Origin: Octopus sinensis
Taxonomy: Eukaryota
DNA length: 41,631 nucleotides
Direction: 5' to 3'
Assembly: GCF_006345805.1 (NCBI RefSeq)
Contig: NW_021835280.1
Span: forward strand, 1-41,631
Shown: positions 11,415 through 22,185 of the stretch, piece after piece
Numbering within the stretch: the stretch's first letter is position 1
How the letters are laid out: every line of letters starts with the position of its first letter
Made by a program: the position numbers and the translations under genes
The notes under the pieces: model-generated
Told to the model about the DNA's origin: nothing
The model's input: only the letters and a program-made list of their open reading frames with translations
Database searches by the model: none

Positions 11415-13155
11415 GTAATTATTTTTTAGAAATAAGAGTGCGTATAACAATAAGAACTAGTAAACCAAGTATTTTTTAAGACAAAATCAGAAACTCATCA
11501 AGACTAAAATAACTTCCAAGAATCTTTTAAAACATGTTTAAGTGGAAAAAATGCACAACTAAGGCCTATTACCAAACGAACTGGGAATTATTCATAAAAT
11601 AATTTATGTGTACTTACGCTGTCTTTACCTGCACCCGGTTTCCCTCAGACTACCAATTCTTTTATACAAAGAAAAGAAGTTTGACGAAGTACAAATAAAG
11701 GATAACTCACAATCTCCCTTGCGAATTGATAACCGAAAACAAGTGACCATTCTACCTTCTCTCGATGACTCTAGGAGAAGAAGGCTGTACACAGAGTCGA
11801 GAAAAAATTTTGAAAATTTAGTATTAGTAAATATTTTAGTAATGCATGTATTTGCGTTCTTGCGTAATAATAAAACTAAAATCAACACACATTTAATAAC
11901 ATATTCATTACTTGGTTATCCTAACTTTCCTAGTGTGTAGAAGTCTAATAGCAACTAGGAGACGTACAGATATGATCAGTTTATCGGCTCTCCTCCCGTC
12001 GTTATTAAAGATTCAGGCACTGGCAATAAAAATTCTGATTTCAAAAAAGAATTATTTTCACAAATGATCTGACTAAATGTGATTTTTTCTTGTTTTGAGA
12101 TTTGATATTCGACTCTCTAAAAGTGAAATTTGTTCTAGAGATCAAAAAAATAATTTAAATAAATTTTTTAATAGTTAATTTAAAATTAATTGGTTTAACT
12201 TTTAGAATATTTAAATTTATTATTTGCATGTGACTGGTTTTTACTTGTTTTGTGCTCTTTACGCGTATTAATATTTTAGTACACATTAGTTCTTTTGAAT
12301 TAGAATTTTTTCCTTATTAAGTAAATAATTTGTTATATTCATTATCGTGCGAATGATGTTAATAATCCATTCTATGAAATTGAATGCATTTCCTTTTTTG
12401 TGGGTTCTGCAGGCAATCGTGATTATAATTTCTTACTGACGCAGTTTTTTTATTTTGTTAATTTTTTTGTAGTAAAAGATTAGTTGCCTGAAAAATTTTT
12501 TTTGAATACAGTCAAGCTCTTTTAGGGACCGACAGAATTGTCCGGTATATCGAACAAGTTATTAAATTTATTTATAACAAATAAGTGAAACTGTAAAATT
12601 GATGATAATATGTCACATGCCTCAGGGATTACTATGCCCACTCGTTACCTCCGAATTATTTCTGAGAAATAATTGATTAATGATTTTTCAATTTTTTAGA
12701 AAAATTAATAATCAATCACAACGACATAAAATTCAACCTATATATTAGGTTAATTAGAGTACAATTTAATGATATACTAAAAGATGCTTTAAAACAAATA
12801 AATTAAAATAATATTTTTATACAACAAACCATTTTGACTGATAAGCACATTAAAACATATTTTAAAAATGTGAATTGTGTGAAACGCTTTAAAGGCACAT
12901 AATTTGATAGTTTTATAATTAACTCTAACCAGTTTTTAGTTTTATTTAAAACATTTTTTGAAATGTAAAAAGATAAAGGTTTAAAATCATCTGTAGATCT
13001 CTTATAAAAAACTCAAACTTTATCCAGTTTTTTAGTTTAAAATCATATATAGATCTGAAGTTTAAAACGAAAAATTAAATTTGTCCTTTTTTGATTCTTT
13101 CATGTGAACAATCTTTGTATCTCCATTCGAAAATTCTACTTTAAATTTTTTCAAA

Positions 13156-13400
13156 CCCTAAACCCAACCAATTCCCTAACCTTCACCCAAACCTAACCTT
13201 CACCCAAACCCTAACCTTCACCCAAACCCTAACCTTCACCCTAACCTATACCCTAACCCTAACCTATACCCTAGGAATAGGATAGGAAGTTTTATTGGAA
13301 ACAGAGAAGGGTTAAAGGTTAGGGGGGAGTTTGTATAATGAAACAATAGGACTACCCTATCGACTTCTTCCCAGAAAAAAAAAAAAAGATCCCCTCAAGT

Positions 13401-13437
<37 letters not shown>

Positions 13438-13636
13438 CTTTTCTACCTCTGCAGGTACGTCCCAGTGACAATTGAGTTGGATTTATAACCACTTATAGCT
13501 TTTTCGACAGTTTCACCGACCATGGAGGATTTACTTTCAAGCCACAGGGGGATTGGATCTTCAACTTTTTGGTGGTAAGCAAGCTTCAAAGCGAGCCTGC
13601 GAGACTTTTCTTAACCTATACCCTAACCATAACCAT
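13156..13636 (+). repeat. Interstitial telomere-like hexamer array (CCCTAA variants), split by a 338-nt insertion
   Basis: 13156-13273 is built of CCCTAA, CCTTCA, CCCAAA and CCTATA hexamers (18-bp higher-order unit about x3) and resumes at 13612-13636. Confidence 0.85.
13274..13611 (-). mobile_element. 5'-truncated non-LTR retroelement-like insertion
   Basis: Flanked by a 14-bp direct repeat TAACCTATACCCTA. On minus: 55-codon open frame ending TAG (13443), then A34, T13, AATAAA and a terminal (CCTAT)-type repeat. Confidence 0.55.
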
Positions 13637-14355
13637 GAGATAAAACAGCATTCTTAATTTATTGTTTTTTAATGATAATGGTTAAGCATTGAAAAAATAA
13701 AAATCCATAATATTATTAATTTTTAAATTAATAAGTAAATATATTTCAATCATTTAAATATTTTAAATTGAAATTTTAAAAATTTAGAGCAATGGTAACG
13801 AGCGGGGCATGGTAACGAACAGGGCATGTGACATAATATGTTAATAAGGATTACCTTGTATTTAGCTTTGATTCCGCAATTGCTTTTTGTTTAGATAGTT
13901 GTTCAGGATCGAGTAACGCAGGGTTTTAAGTGCAGGCAAAGTGACAGATTTAGTCGAGCATTTGTTGAACATTTGTGTGTGTTTATTTCTCTATATGTTT
14001 TGGCTCTGTTTGCTTATTAGACTCTGAGTCATCTTCAAAAGCTGATACTATTTGGTATTGCTCAACTAAGGATGATTCCCAATTTTTGTGATTTTGAAAA
14101 TTTTAACATTATTTTTAAACGTCAAACCTATTTGTATGCACATGACAAAAATTTGATACTTGAGTTTTAACCGTAGAATTCGTTGATACAATCAAAACTT
14201 TCTTAAATTTGTGGTTTGTATCTTTTAGTGAACAATCCAGAAACCATTTTGTTTGATATTGTGAATAGTATTGTCAAACAAAGCAATCAAGTCTTTTCGG
14301 TTACCTAATCACATTCGAACAAAACATTCCAATAAGATGGAAAATCACCGATATA

Positions 14356-14660
14356 CAGTGGAATTAAAGACTACTTTAAAACATTCAGGTTTATTTGAAC
14401 TTATCACTTTTCGGGGGATTTTTAGCTAATTCTCTTTTCATAAAGCACCATACATGCTCTATTGGGTTAAGATCCCGTGATTGCGATGGCCAATCAAGAA
14501 TAATATATTTTTTGGTTTCGAAATGTGCCTTAACCATACGAGATGTATGGAATGGAGCATTATCCTGTTGAAAAATAAACGAGGATAAGCCCATTTTTTC
14601 AGCTGATTGGTCCAGATTATTAGACAGTAAATTTATATAATATCCAGCAAATCTTTCGGA
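14356..14660 (-). mobile_element. Tc1/mariner 3' fragment
   Basis: TA|CAGTGG terminus; GYYINLLSNNL..FIFQQDNAPFHTS..WPSQSRDLNPIEHVW. Confidence 0.8.
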
Positions 14661-15560
14661 TCTTGCCTGGATGGTGCTTTTTCGGATGGGCTCACTACCT
14701 GGGATCGCTCCTTTTCTGAGAGGCCCGAAGATTTCTCCTCCCAACGTGCCTGGGACTCTATTGCATGCCGAGCGCGTGTGTCTGAGCTCTCTGCAACCCT
14801 TGATCAACACCGCTGGCATGCCTTCGTGCGGCATCCGCCCCTCACTCTGGCAGCTGGCTGAATGCTCTTCCTCTCTCCAGCATCGGGACGTTGCTAGACG
14901 ATGCTGCCATACGCATCGGAGTGGCTCACCGTCTCGGCTGGATGTTTGTGCAAAACACCGCTGCAGATGCGGTGAGGACGTTGACGAAAAGGGACTGCAC
15001 CCACTTTCCTGCAAGAGGAGCGCAGGCAGGGAACACAGACACAAGGCCCTCAATGAAATCGTGAAGGCCGGTCTCGAAATGGCGGGCCATTCGTGCCTCC
15101 TCGAACCGGTCGGACTCGATCGGGGAGATGGCAAAAGGCCTGACGGATGACAATATTCCCGTACTCGTCGGGGAAGGCCCTCGTATGGGATGTCACCGTT
15201 GTGGATACCTTTTCGAAATCGAGGATCCATTCTTCTGCGGCAAACCCTTGTTCGGCTGCAAACCACGCCGAAAAGATCAAAATACACAAATATTCTTCGC
15301 TCGCAGACCGCTACCGCGTTACGACGGCAATCGCCCTGGAGACCGCTGGAGTTGCAGTAAAGGAGACTGACTCGTTCCTCAAAGAGGTCGGGAAGTCCAT
15401 CGGGAGGAGGCTCAAGGACTCGAGAGAGGGCCTCTGGTTCCGCCAGCGCATCGGCCTGGCCATTGTTCGGGGCAACGCACACTGCGTCCTCGCCGCTGGA
15501 ACTTAACAATTTTCGGTGTTAGTTGTTTTTGTAAATAAAAAAAAAATTAAAAAAAAAAAT
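14661..15560 (+). mobile_element. 5'-truncated CRE-like non-LTR retroelement (CCHC + RLE domain, poly-A tail)
   Basis: CRCG..HPLSC..GREHRHKALNEIV..LEPVGL..KRPDG.TIFP..LVWDVT..ETAG..QRIGLAIVRGNA*, followed by AATAAA and an A-rich tail. Frameshifted. Confidence 0.85.
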
Positions 15561-15618
15561 TAATAGGATTAGATCGAAGATTGATGTCAGAAGGCCAGTT
15601 TACGATAAAAGAAAATTC

Positions 15619-17067
15619 GGTACTTTTGTAGTAGTCTACAGCCACTTTCTAGCGAGTTTCAAAATAATACTATTTTTTACAGTGATAATATATGTGTTTT
15701 ATAATTAATTACTATAAAAAATGAATTATTTAAAAAATGAATTATTTACTAATTTTTTTTAAATATTTAACTCATACCTAATCACATTCTTAGTACCGAA
15801 AAGGTACTTTTGTAGTAGTCTACAGCCACTTTCTAGCGAGTTTCAAAATAATACTATTTTTTACAGTGATAATATATGTGTTTTATAATTAATTACTATA
15901 AAAAATGAATTATTTAAAAAATGAATTATTTACTAATTTTTTTTAAATATTTAACTCATTTATCCTCTACTTTGGTCTGAGGTGGCCAGCATATTGATAT
16001 AGCTTCGACAATTTTTCCAAATTCCTGTTTCTTGTGTTTTTGCCTCCAGATAAATTCTGAGAAGTAGCTATTCATATGCCTGCGGACAGTCCCTCTGTCT
16101 CTTCTTATTGCGCCATTTCGCGCTCCCCCACATTCTATTAACTAATTATTAATTTCAAACCGTTCAATGTGTTGTGTGTGTGCTCCCGTAGTAGAGTCGA
16201 CAAAGTGGTATCTGTGATTCACAGTTAAATGATGATATCCTGCACTTTCAAGGAATTCCGAAGAATATCCTTTCCAACAGTCCGATATTAAAATAGTTCC
16301 TTCTTCAACATTGTTCAATATCGCATTTGAGAGAGTCTCCATTGTACGGTCTGGGATCATCTCAAGGAAACAGCTTTTTGTCTCTCGACATATCCATCCA
16401 AATACCCATTGCTTGGGCAATACTCGGCCTTTGTTAAATTTGCGTTTTGAGAAATGACTCTCATCTATCTCGACTACCATTCCTTCACTTCCTAATACTA
16501 TTTAAATATACACTAACCTATTTTCCTTCTTCGACGAGATGTGAGTGATTGTATGCAAATATCACGAAGGTACATCGACCAATCCACAGTCGTATGCCCA
16601 GCCCACCCCAGATTGTCTGAACACACTTTGACCGATGAATATGTTATTGGCCCACAAGAAAATAAATCTTATGATATCCTCCAAAGGTACTCTGGCTCCC
16701 TCTAGCCAAGTTCCTGTACATTTTTACAACGTATTTTATACCGGCTTTCAATCCAGAACTAGTTCTGCACTCTCTTTTGTGACAATACCATACCGGTGGA
16801 TTGCACATTCTGAGGGACATCGAGTGGCCGCGGCTGCATAACTTGACGATAGGCACTATTCCATTAGTTTGCAGGAATTTTGTGGCTTCGGTAGTGTCTT
16901 TTGGTAAATTGAACAGGTTGAGGTCACGTCTCATTTAAATTTATAACACGTTGGATTATTATTTTATTTTATAGTAATTAATTATAAAACACATATATTA
17001 TCACTGTAAAAAATAGTATTATTTTGAAACTCGCTAGAAAGTGGCTGTAGACTACTACAAAAGTACC
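15619..17067 (-). mobile_element. Merlin (IS1016/IS1595-like DDE) transposon with duplicated left end and two introns
   Basis: About 100-bp TIRs starting GGTAC; 8-bp TSD GAAAATTC (15611-15618, 17068-17075). VEIDES, WVFG, ISDCWKGY, VNH..FVD..GAHTQHIE. Introns at 16492-16517 and 16135-16160. Confidence 0.92.
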
Positions 17068-17721
17068 GAAAATTCATGTTAGGACCACAAATACGGGCGG
17101 TATTCTAAATAGAAGGGATCCGATATATCGAAAATTAATTAGCAATGATGGTCTATTGATGAATCGGGACCAGAAGTTTAGTCCGGTTTCAAAGGAATTC
17201 CGGTATAGCGATTTAAAGGGATTTGACTGTATGTGGTAAAAACCACAGATATGTTTTACATTTGAATTAAAGACTACTTTAAACATTCTCAATTTTGTCC
17301 TACGTGTGCTCATCCAACTATGTATGTCAATCATAATAGAAATAGTCTGGGAATTCTCCTAATATACATTTTAATTACTAATTCAAATCTCATCAATGTT
17401 TTTAATAAGACTTTCAAATTAAGTAATTTATTACATAAATTGCTTAAAATAAATAAAAATGTCCAGCAGTCGTCTCCGGGAGGGATTTTGCGAAAATGTC
17501 GGGGTATTTAAATCCCATATAAAAGACCTGCCTCCACGGAAAGGAAATGTATTTATTCGATCTTTTTGTTGATGGGAAAGAGAGAAACCTTTAAGAGACA
17601 TCGTTAAAGGACAAGTGTCGAGGCATTCTGTCGTTGTTCATTCAGAATGATAGACCTTCCTTGGACAAATACTTAAGTCAAATTGAGATATCAGAGAGCA
17701 CATCCCAACTGCAGTCATAAT

Positions 17722-19119
17722 TAGGGCACCAAAAGTCAATAATGTCAACTTTTGGTCAACTTGGTCAATTTTTCCATTTTTAGGTCACCTTTGTCAATTT
17801 TTTGTATTTTTTTTTTTAATTTTTTGACCATGCTAACTTAATTTTATGTTTTGTGTAATGCCTAAATCTAAAAAATCTACCTATTCAAAAGAAAGCCTCT
17901 AAAATTATTAATGAATTCTCTAATGAATTTTCAATTACTCCCGACGGATCATTATATTGTAAAATATGCGATATTTGTTGACATTCCATAAAAATGGTCT
18001 GTGAAAAACACAGATTGACGCAATGTCAAAATTTTGGCAGAAAGACGTGTTAGTGAGAGTATCCAATCGTTAATTAATGAAGGATTTTCTAATTGTGATG
18101 ATCTGATGCCGGTACGATAAATTTGTCAATATTCTTATTGGGAAAATACTGATCCCAAAACAGTTATCTTATTGATTGTATTGTATTAAATTCTTCGCCG
18201 AACGCATCAATTGTATCCAGATTATGGACGATACGATCCGATATCAATATTGAAAGGAAAAATTTTTACTTGTTGTTAACCGACGCGGCAAAGTACATGA
18301 TTTTAGCAGGAAACACTCTGAAAAATTTGTACCCAAACCTTTCCACGTAACATGCATTGCACATTTGATACACAATTGTGCTTTAAGGATAAAACAAGTT
18401 TTTACCCTACAGTGGATAACTTAATAGCCTCCATTAAAGAACTTGTTCTCAAAAACAGTAGTCGAAGGCACTATTTTCTGAAATAGGACTACCTCCAGAA
18501 CCTATTGTTACGATGGGGAAGCTGGCTTCGAGCACCAAGTACTACGTGGAGCATTTTCCCAAAGTGTTGGAAATATGCAATTCGTTAAAAGGAGAATCCC
18601 TATTGATTCGGAGGGCAAAAGATCAATAACCATGAGGACTTATTAATGATTTAAAGAAATATGGAATCACTATTCTCCACTTGCAGATGTTCTTCCTGAA
18701 ATGAGTCCACAAACTTTTTCAATCGAGAAGAGCTATTAATTTTTGAAAATACTCGATCTGAAGGAAGATCCTGCAAAATAAAAGAATATATTGAGAAAGA
18801 ATGAATAAGAATTAAACTATGAAAATTGTTAACGGAGAATAAAATTTTTCGCCTATGGAAAAGTTGCGACTACTTCAATGTCAGGCAACTACATGTTCTG
18901 TGGAGCGTCATTTTCAATTCTCCATAAATTTTGGGAAAAGATCGGAATTTTAAAACCCGGAAACCTTAAATTTTATATGATTTTATAACTCCTGATTTTA
19001 AAAAATTCTTGGCTCTTTTTAGGTCAACTTTTTGGTCAACTTTCGTTTTTTTTGGGTCAATTTAGTTGACTTTTGGAGGTCATTTTTTGATTTTTTAGGT
19101 CAACTTTGTGGTTGCCCTA
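17722..19119 (+). mobile_element. Degenerate relative of the 9563-11414 hAT
   Basis: TIRs TAGGGCA(A)CCA / TGGTTGCCCTA; TSD GTCATAAT (17714-17721, 19120-19127); GGTCAACT subterminal repeats; decayed LTDAAKYM, HVTCIAHLIHNCAL and VERHF-like frames. Confidence 0.85.
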
Positions 19120-19473
19120 GTCATAATTAATAAAAAGAACTAATTAACTATTTAATTGCCTAACTGAATTTTCAGAATGAACAAAGGATGACACTTCACA
19201 AACCTCGTATCATTCTTTTTCATCTTCTCTGTCTATGTCAACTTCTGAGAAGGTAAAAATAAATCCTTCTGATTGGGGAGAGTTATTCACATACGTTAGC
19301 CACGTTAATGACGATACGTCAATGTAGTGGTTGTCCAGGCTGCAAAAAGAGTCTTCTTGCATCCTAGGAGCGTCCTTCTTTTTTTGAGTCTTAAAACGTT
19401 ATATTTTCGAAGAAAATTAATTAGCATAAAAATTATAATATATTATAATATCCGAATAGAAAATTAATTCGTA

Positions 19474-20141
19474 ATGTCAGATAGATCGGAAAAATCAGGA
19501 TTAACTCGCGAATCTTTTGAGAAAGTAAATCTATAAAACAAAAATTTAGAAAAAACAAAAATTCAACTGTAAAAAAGCCCACGAACTCCTCGAATGGATC
19601 AAGAATTTAATAGAACGGTCAATTCTCTACTGAAGGAGACATGGATAACTTTGCTTCAGTGCTCAAAGATGGGACAGTTTTAATACGGTTTGTAATCCAT
19701 GAAATATTCTAATTGATTGACCCAAGTTCTTTCAGGCAAACAATTATCTATAAAAAAGGGAAACACGATTTTTGCTGCAGGGGAGAACTAAAAACCAAGC
19801 GTCAAAGACTTGGAAAAAGTCCATTTAATCTGACAACTGGCGAACAATTCAAATTGTAGATGTCTTCGAGCAACAAGGACTTGCAGTGTTTTGAATACCA
19901 TAGAAACCATTGGGAGAAAAGTCGGTTCCAAATAAATTATGTTTCAGGCTCATGCAGTCAATAAAGGATTTGGTCCCAAAGAATCGCGCAAAAATACTCG
20001 AAATTTTCACACGAGCAGCAGCTGAAGGAGGCCGAAAATACCCCTGGCTTGATGAGTGGTCATTATAATACTCCCTCCACACCTCAAATCCATAAAAGAC
20101 GTGATATTGGAACGTATAACCAAAAACCAGGAAATAATTAA
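19474..20141 (+). CDS. Transgelin/myophilin-like calponin-homology protein
   Basis: MSDRSEKSGL.., ELLEWI, FSTEGDMDNFASVLKDGTVLIR, VDVFEQQ, GFGPKESRKNTRNF..EQQLKEAE (calponin-repeat-like). Short introns; at least one apparent 1-nt indel near 19615. Confidence 0.75.
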
Positions 20142-20199
20142 CATTAATTTGATTTTAACTAATTGAGGTGGATTTATTTAATAATTGAATCCCGTATGG

Positions 20200-20527
20200 T
20201 CATCATCAATGTGTCTGAAGAATGGGAATAACTTTCCTTGAGGAGAAAGGTTATTCTATATTTGCAGGATAGAAATTTTTTTAATGGTCAACGGAAACAG
20301 TGTAACCACTGTAAAAATAAGGCGATGACCGTTGAATATTTAGCTACTAAGTGCGGAAATATGCTGTACCATGATTACACATGGAGACACAACGAGGTGG
20401 TGAGGTGCCACCATTTTCTGCTCTGCAATAAGTATGCTTTGAGGCGGTCCAGAAAGTTGCGAACTTGTCGAGTTCAATCGGTGTGTGAAAACTCGAATGT
20501 GTGCATTAAGGTGGATACCTCCATGTA
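20200..20527 (+). mobile_element. RLE-type non-LTR retroelement fragment (zinc knuckle region)
   Basis: CNHC..TVEYLATKC..YTWRHNEVVRC..LC.KY..NVCIKVDTS; same family as 29333-30130. Confidence 0.75.
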
Positions 20528-21050
20528 AGTAATGAGTTTTTGAAGCTCTTCAGGGGCATATCTGATGAGCTCTGCATTAACATTATCTGGATTTGGGCTT
20601 TTGACTTGTTTAGTCTGGTCACAGATTTTTTAACTTACGTTAAAGTATTTCTTGTGATAGCTTTCTGACGCCTCCATCGAAAGGATAAAGTGTTTCTTCA
20701 TTTTCAAAATTGAAATATTTTTAAAAGTGGTCGGCTATAGTGTCTGTGCGTTTCTGATTGTTGTAAATGGTTCTTCTGAGTTCATCATGAACTGTTAGGT
20801 TTTCAGATTTCTTTTTTCGCGCTAGCATCTTTACAGATGCATACATTTGTGCTTCGTGTTTGTACTTTCTTAATTTATTTCAAAGTTTTGTAACTCTTTT
20901 TTGTGATTTTTCGAACATTTTTCTTGATTTTGTTTCTTTGGATTTTGAACTCAGCTGCTTTCACTTGGTTGTGGGTGTTTATGTATTTGATACGTAGATT
21001 CTTTTGTAGATGAAAAAGGTAATCTATATGCGGGTTATGTATTCCTTTGA
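20528..21050 (-). mobile_element. RTE-like remnant (start of RT region)
   Basis: Minus KSPNPDNVNAELIRYAP, the RT domain-0 motif; otherwise decayed. Confidence 0.55.
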
Positions 21051-21069
21051 AGGTTTTGGTCGTTTAAAA

Positions 21070-21600
21070 GATTAAACAACGTATGGTTGAGAGGTAAAGA
21101 AATTTCTGCGTCTTTAAAAATCAAACTATACAATATGTTCGTAAAACCAATCTTATGGTACAATTCTTTTTCTTGGGCACTCATAGCGCACGAAATGAAA
21201 ATCTGAATTCCTCCTATAAAATGCAGCTGAAATACATCCTAGGAATCTTTTGGCCAAAACGCATATCAAACAACATCTCTACTCTACTCCAATTACAATG
21301 TACATCCGTTAGACGAAGAAATAAGAAGTAATAGATGGGGCTTATTCGGTCACATCCTAAAATGGACAGGAAAACTCCCGCAAATCTCGCAATGGAACAC
21401 CACTAACGTCCCCCATCCGAGAACAAACTTCCGAGGAAGACCACGAATCACTCTAGCAACCCTCCTGTATCAAAATAAACTTTGATTGGAAAAGGGTTGA
21501 AATCAGCAGACGATCTGAGCACCTGAGGGAATTATCGAGGAACAGAGGAACTTTGGAGCGATTAAGAAGACGCTCTAGGAGAGGGTGGCACAAGCGAGAT
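21070..21600 (+). mobile_element. RTE-like remnant (C-terminal post-RT region and 3' end)
   Basis: LKIKLYNMFVKPILWYN, RWGLFGHIL, PANLAM, FRGRPRITL; frameshifted. Confidence 0.7.
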
Positions 21601-21611
21601 AACTTTACTAA

Positions 21612-22183
21612 CGTTATTTTGCGGTTTGCTTATTAATAATAATATGTCGGGCCATATCTTTGACAAAGCTAGTCGCATATCATCCCGTAGTCTATTTCTA
21701 TGTTTTATTTTTAGAAAAGGCAGACACGACATCGCCATTTCAAGGTGATAAGTATTAAGGAAAGCAAGTATTGATTCCAATGCATTTTATTCAAATGGGT
21801 AATTCTTTAGCCATCTAACACCTAAAACTAAGAAGTGATTATTAATGAAATACTAAAAATCTAAGAATGAAGTACATTTTAAAATAATCTGAACAGACTG
21901 ATTACATTAATTTTATTAAGCTCTGTTGAAAATTGAGTTTCTAATATTATTTAAAAACGATCAAGAAAAGTTGAACTATGCAGCTTGGAATTGGGTCTTT
22001 AACAGGAAAGTAATTATCAAATTTTGTTTTTTGATTTAGAGATGTTGATTAAGATTAAAAAAAATTATCAGGTGGATCAAACCATCAATTAGTTTAAAAT
22101 AGCAATCTACTTCAAATCAGAAAAATTTTCAAATGCTATTGTCAGTTCAAGGTTTTTTGCAATCTGTTGCTAACACTTTAAGA
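21612..22183 (-). mobile_element. hAT transposase C-terminal (dimerisation domain) remnant
   Basis: FLNTYHLE..LKIKHRNRL.DDMRLALSKI, matching the Buster-type TY.CE..LKTKYRNRL..DLRLALS motif. Confidence 0.6.
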
Positions 22184-22185
22184 TA

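Larger units (their letters stand above)
12611..13833. mobile_element. Non-autonomous TIR element with TG..CA ends and 5-bp TSD (Ginger/TDD-like)
   Basis: Left TGTCACATGCC..ATGCCCACTCGTTACC; right GGTAACGAGCGGGGCAT..GGCATGTGACA; TAATA on both sides (12606-12610, 13834-13838). No ORF of its own. The superfamily call rests on termini only. Confidence 0.65.

Noticed and set aside
12508-12560. Tc1/pogo MITE end (TA-CAGTCAAGC)
   Set aside because: No matching inverted end found.
13156-13273. True chromosome end
   Set aside because: Short, degenerate, interstitial, and enclosed by TIRs with a TSD.
14391-15509. 372-aa ORF as a novel chimeric protein
   Set aside because: The first 280 or so codons are the antisense shadow of the GC-rich CRE fragment, running by chance into a Tc1 C-terminus; no promoter or homology support.
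15565-19330. Host gene disrupted by Merlin and hAT insertions
   Set aside because: Exon-like pieces can be joined across the empty sites, but I could not identify a protein or a full frame.
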